Source: Thraustochytrium aureum
Lineage: Eukaryota
Assembly (NCBI GenBank): GCA_012862495.1
Contig: BLSG01000139.1
Coordinates: 18,272 to 51,031, forward strand
Direction of reading: 5' to 3'
Length of the DNA stretch: 32,760 nucleotides
Position numbers and translations under genes: made by a program. Shown one piece after another: positions 28,401 to 32,760 of this stretch (positions are counted from its first letter, which is position 1; each line of letters begins with the position of its first letter). The notes beneath the pieces are model-generated. The model was not told the origin of the DNA. It worked only from the letters and a program-made list of their open reading frames with translations, and searched no databases.

Positions 28401-29684
28401 TGGTCCTTGCCGTCAGCGATTCGGGGGTCGTCCTGGCAGAGTGAGATGAAGACGCGCGTGCTATCCTCCAGGACCCGAAAGCGGTGCGCTGGGTTGGTCA
28501 TCCAGGTCTTCATGGTGTTGTTGCCGCCCGAGGTCGACTTGGTCCATTGGCCAGCTAGCTTGAGGCCTGCCCAGTGCTCGGGAAAGTCAAGCGCGGCAAA
28601 GACAACCGTAAAGTAGCGAGCCCAATCTTCCCAGGCCATGAAAAAGGTTCCATCCTTGTCGTTCGCCTCCACCGTTTGCGCGGTGCTGTCGACGCCCTTG
28701 CGCTTGGACACAGGACCGGAAAACTCCTTTTCGAGCTGAGCCTTGTAGGTGCGAAACTCGGCGCTGTCGTCCGACCAGCTGCCCGTCCACTCGCCAAACC
28801 CCCAGGGGTTGCGCAGCCGCAAGAGCCTTACAGGGCCGCTGCTCGTCTGAATCGTCCCGACGTCGATGAGGGAGTACGCGTGGCGCATCATGAGTCCAGT
28901 GTCGCCAATCTTGGTCTCGACCGAGCCCTGACCCGCGCCCTGCGGGTCGGGTTGGATCGAGCAACCCATCATGCAAGCCCACTTGTTCAGGTACTCGTCC
29001 ATCATTCGCCATAGCGAGCCGTCTTCGAGGTCGCGCTTGTTTTTCGGGTGAAATCCGGTGTGGCCCTCGCGGAGCACAAGCTCTTGGCACGCGTACCCTG
29101 TCAAGTCGCGGAGGGCCCCGTCGACGTAGCCCCCGATCAGAGCGTCGTAGCTGCGGTGAAGCTTGGCGTACGCCTTCTCCAGCAGAGGGACCCACAGCTC
29201 GTTCGAGTCCTTGCAGTGCGCGAACACCGGCTTGCCCGACTTTGTGAAGACGGGCAACAGGTCGTCGATGATCACGAAAAACCAGGCGTTGTCCTTGAAA
29301 AACCTGCAGACGCGAAACCCGTACTTGCGCATCTTGCGCTCCATCGACTTGTTGGTGCTACGCCAGAACACGCGCTCGAGCAGGTCGGCGCGCGTCGCGA
29401 GCACGCTCATGCCGCTCAGGAGCCAGCAGTCGCCGACCTTGCCCTGGATCACGTCGTTGGCGTTGACGCCGCCAAGAAAGAGAGCTCCGGCCTCGCAAAA
29501 CCACTTGCGACCAGACTCTCTGCCGTAGCTGTCCTCCGCCAGGGGGTCGCTCGAGGTTGCCGTGTCGGCCTCCTCGTCCGTTTCCTCCTCATCCTCGGAG
29601 GTAAAGCCGCCGTCTTTCGACTCCTCGACAGCGTGGATGCCAAGCTTAAGGTCCTTGGTGTAACGAGGGCGCAGCCAGCTGCAC
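25413..29684 (-). CDS. Calpain (CysPc + domain III) fused to an EML-type HELP/WD40 beta-propeller region; 5' end in gap; apparent -1 frame break near 26531
   Basis: Catalytic triad motifs QGKVGDCWLLS, RHAYSLI and LRNPWG; domain III (GQWTKSTSGG, ISLCQDD, YVCVPS). EML motifs GDEFMAVKPWKGAIVPPS, FFRGHTDDV, TGQVGK, DGTDVNAV, SGDDSGAVCLYPYPC, GHSSHVTNVAF and SAGGNDRTVLHW. Confidence 0.88.
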
Positions 29685-30595
29685 NNNNNNNNNNNNNNNN
29701 NNNNNNNNNNNNNNNNNNNNNNNNNNNNNNNNNNNNNNNNNNNNNNNNNNNNNNNNNNNNNNNNNNNNNNNNNNNNNNNNNNNNNNNNNNNNNNNNNNNN
29801 NNNNNNNNNNNNNNNNNNNNNNNNNNNNNNNNNNNNNNNNNNNNNNNNNNNNNNNNNNNNNNNNNNNNNNNNNNNNNNNNNNNNNNNNNNNNNNNNNNNN
29901 NNNNNNNNNNNNNNNNNNNNNNNNNNNNNNNNNNNNNNNNNNNNNNNNNNNNNNNNNNNNNNNNNNNNNNNNNNNNNNNNNNNNNNNNNNNNNNNNNNNN
30001 NNNNNNNNNNNNNNNNNNNNNNNNNNNNNNNNNNNNNNNNNNNNNNNNNNNNNNNNNNNNNNNNNNNNNNNNNNNNNNNNNNNNNNNNNNNNNNNNNNNN
30101 NNNNNNNNNNNNNNNNNNNNNNNNNNNNNNNNNNNNNNNNNNNNNNNNNNNNNNNNNNNNNNNNNNNNNNNNNNNNNNNNNNNNNNNNNNNNNNNNNNNN
30201 NNNNNNNTGCGACTGCGATGGAGTACTGAATGAGGCAGAGCACTGAGCGCGCGCACGAGTTCGCACTCTACTCCTCCCACTCAACTTCGCGGCACTGCCC
30301 TGACAGAGCAGGAACATTTGGCTGCCAGTGTCATCTGGCCAGAACACACGCGCAGAGCTCCTCCAGACGACGAGGACAGACCCGCTGGACTGGTGCGCAC
30401 AGCGACCAGCCTGTCTGTCATAGGGACCGGCAGACCGACGGCCACCGCGCGGCGCCTGGCGCCAGAAAGCGCAAGGCGCAGGAGAGCTGAGCTCCCAGCT
30501 CGGCACGCGAGCCCGCCTCCCGAGACGCCAACTCGCCACAAGCAGCAAACGCGCAAGGCGACGGGGCGCACGCAGCACGTTGCCGCGGAGGCGGC

Positions 30596-31955
30596 ATGGC
30601 TTGCCAATCCGACTTTGACTGCCCAGGGACGGAAGTGTGCTACACCAACATCACCTGGGCAATCGAGACTGGCTTTGCTGACGCCGCAGGGTGCGCCTGC
30701 TCGGCCTACTATGGCTGGCACGGGCCCAACTGCCTCGAATTGAGCGCGGCGACCTATGCGGCTGTCGTATTCAACATTGCGATGAGTTTTATTGCGTTTG
30801 TGGGCGCCTGGATCGGCGTCTCTACCCTCTACGAGCTCGTCAAGGCGAACAGGGGCGCGAGCGTGCTCAACGCGAGCAACACGACCTCAATCTTCACGAC
30901 GCTTTCTCTCCTGGCTTTTGTCGGCTGGCGCATCTCGGAAATGCTCATCTTCCTCGCCCCTTCGCTCGCAAACAAGGAGCTCAGCGCCGTGAGCGGCTCT
31001 GTCGCATCCAAGACGAAATACCACGAATACAGCGTGACGACCCGAGTTTTCACCACGCTGGCAGCGCTATTTGCCACGCTGGCGTCGCTCAACATCAGCT
31101 TGATGTGGATTGAAGTGGCCAACTCATCCTCGCAGATCCGCCGCCGCATCTCGAGCAATTTCTCCGTGTACAAGATCACCATCTATGTGTTTGAGGCGTT
31201 ACTCACTGTCATGATGGTGGTCTTCATGGCTCTGAACGAAACGGGGTTGGCCGCTCTTGCGGTTTACCCATTCATTTTCTTCATGATCATCGTGAACACG
31301 ATTGGAGGGATTCGAATGGGCCGCCTTCTGGACAGCATGGCTTCCAGCTCCTCGGAAAGCCAGAGCCAAACCCCGAGTCCTGCCGAGCCCGGTCCAAAGT
31401 CGATCATCGCCCGTATCAAGGCCGCTGTCTCCTCTGCGGGGTCTTCACCCGCGAGGCTCACCTCTGACCCCGCAGCGACCGAGTCTCGCACTGACGAGTC
31501 CTCTTCGAGGCGGTACCGTGAGATGCTGCCCTGATCCAGGTCACGAGTAGGGTGACGACGTTTTTCCTCGTGCTTATAATTTTGGGCGGCGGGTTGTATG
31601 GTTACATGGGTGCTGACAACTGGCGCAAGTACACGCGGGACCAGCAACTCAGCGCGATAGTGTGGGTCAACCACATTCTTGTGGTGGGCATCATTGGGGC
31701 CACGTGCACTGTGCAGTGGTACTGCTACCGAAACATGAAAACCGCGCTTAGCCGGCTCCAGGGGGCAGCAACTGGCTCTGGATCTGGCTTGTCGTCTTCG
31801 CCCAACTCGAAGGACGTGCTTTCTCGATGGCGACAAACATGGCCACCTCTGGACATGTCACCTCCTTCAACGCGCACGCCTCGAGCTTTCAGGGAGCCGC
31901 AAGGTCGTTTTACGAGACGGCAGATGTCGACCCAGACGGGGACTTGTTTGTATGA
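30596..31955 (+). CDS. Seven-TM membrane protein with a Cys-rich EGF-like N-terminus; two apparent -1 frame breaks (about 31528 and about 31815)
   Basis: N-terminus CQSDFDC...C...CACSAYYGWHGPNC. Five TM helices in 30596..31534 and two more in the frame of 31552. Adding one base at ATGCTG(G)CCCTGATC joins them. The end at 31955 assumes a second shift; the unshifted frame ends at 32079. Confidence 0.72.
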
Positions 31956-32760
31956 CGAAGCTTGCCGCGGCCTGCAGTTGTTTTGTCGCCGCAGGACGAA
32001 AGAAACCGGTGAACGGGTCGGGGGGTTCGTGAGTTGTGCAAGATCTCAATCTCGCGACGTTTACTCTGTACTTCGTTAGTTGCCTGTTGTCTGGGGGGAG
32101 GACACGAGCGTTTTCCGCTCGCCGTCGTCAGACGGTCGCCTCGGAGTCCATTTCTTGCGCAGCAACCTGAGCAGAAGAACTTCAGCAGGTTCCAGAAGAT
32201 GTTCGTTCGTTCCTCGCTTGACGGACAGAACCGCAAGCGTCGCGGTTCTTCGCTCGCAACGCCAGAAAATCTTGGACACTGTCTCACGATCACGAGCCAG
32301 GTCCTGTGAGGCATCGCAGTGCGATTCATCAGAAACACGTAATACAAGAACAACCGTATCTTTCGTGGGACGAACGACGGAGGGAGGGAGGGCGGGATTC
32401 GTTGTCGTTGCTCGGACCGGACGCGTGGCCGCCTGCACAGTGCACGTGTAGACCTTGCCGAAGCAGATGCGATGGGTCTCTTTGGCCTGACTCGTCCGGA
32501 ATCACGCACGTTGGGTGCGCTGTTGCCATGTTCGACAGTGGTCGCCGAGTGCTGTTCATTCCTCTACACACGCCCGCACCCACTGTCTCCCACCCACCGG
32601 CAGAACTGAAGTAGGCTTGTCGTCTGGCAGGATCAGGAATGCCGAGTGGCGGACTTGTGCCGGACCGGACCGACGAGACCCACTGGCAATGGCAGAAGCT
32701 GAATCGATCAACAGGCAGGCAGGCCCCTCTTTGCGCTCCAAACTTGTTTCTCCTACAAAG

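Noticed and set aside
31520..31540. CCC-TGA as a programmed frameshift site
   Set aside because: The required shift is -1/+2, not the +1 typical of this motif, and the other breaks share no such motif. An indel error is simpler.
31960..32760. Short ORFs at the window end
   Set aside because: No recognisable domain or consistent exon structure.

Overview
GC-rich, gene-dense, intron-poor eukaryotic DNA from a flagellated protist. It carries IFT46, GT-AG introns and a Pol III tRNA; a stramenopile such as a labyrinthulomycete is plausible but is only inference. The assembly is a draft with six N gaps (2306-2835, 12217-12545, 13836-14398, 19057-20007, 24519-25357, 29685-30207) and several single-base frame breaks inside otherwise intact genes. 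Genes in order: TPR protein, IFT46, mitochondrion-targeted bacterial-type acyl-CoA dehydrogenase, C1-C2-TM (MCTP-like) protein, ankyrin protein, small membrane protein, tRNA-Gln(UUG), LPMO-like paralogue A, second C2-TM protein, LPMO-like paralogue B, CinA/PncC-like protein, triple-SAM protein, SLC25 tricarboxylate-type carrier, calpain-EML fusion and a Cys-rich/7TM protein. The main highlight is missed by the ORF track. Both His-brace LPMO-like genes have an intron at the same position. Splicing it gives a receptor-like type I membrane protein (signal peptide, LPMO, linker, CBM1, TM helix, cytosolic NPRYQV tail). Retaining it gives a short hydrophobic tail resembling a GPI signal. The calpain-EML fusion is the second highlight.
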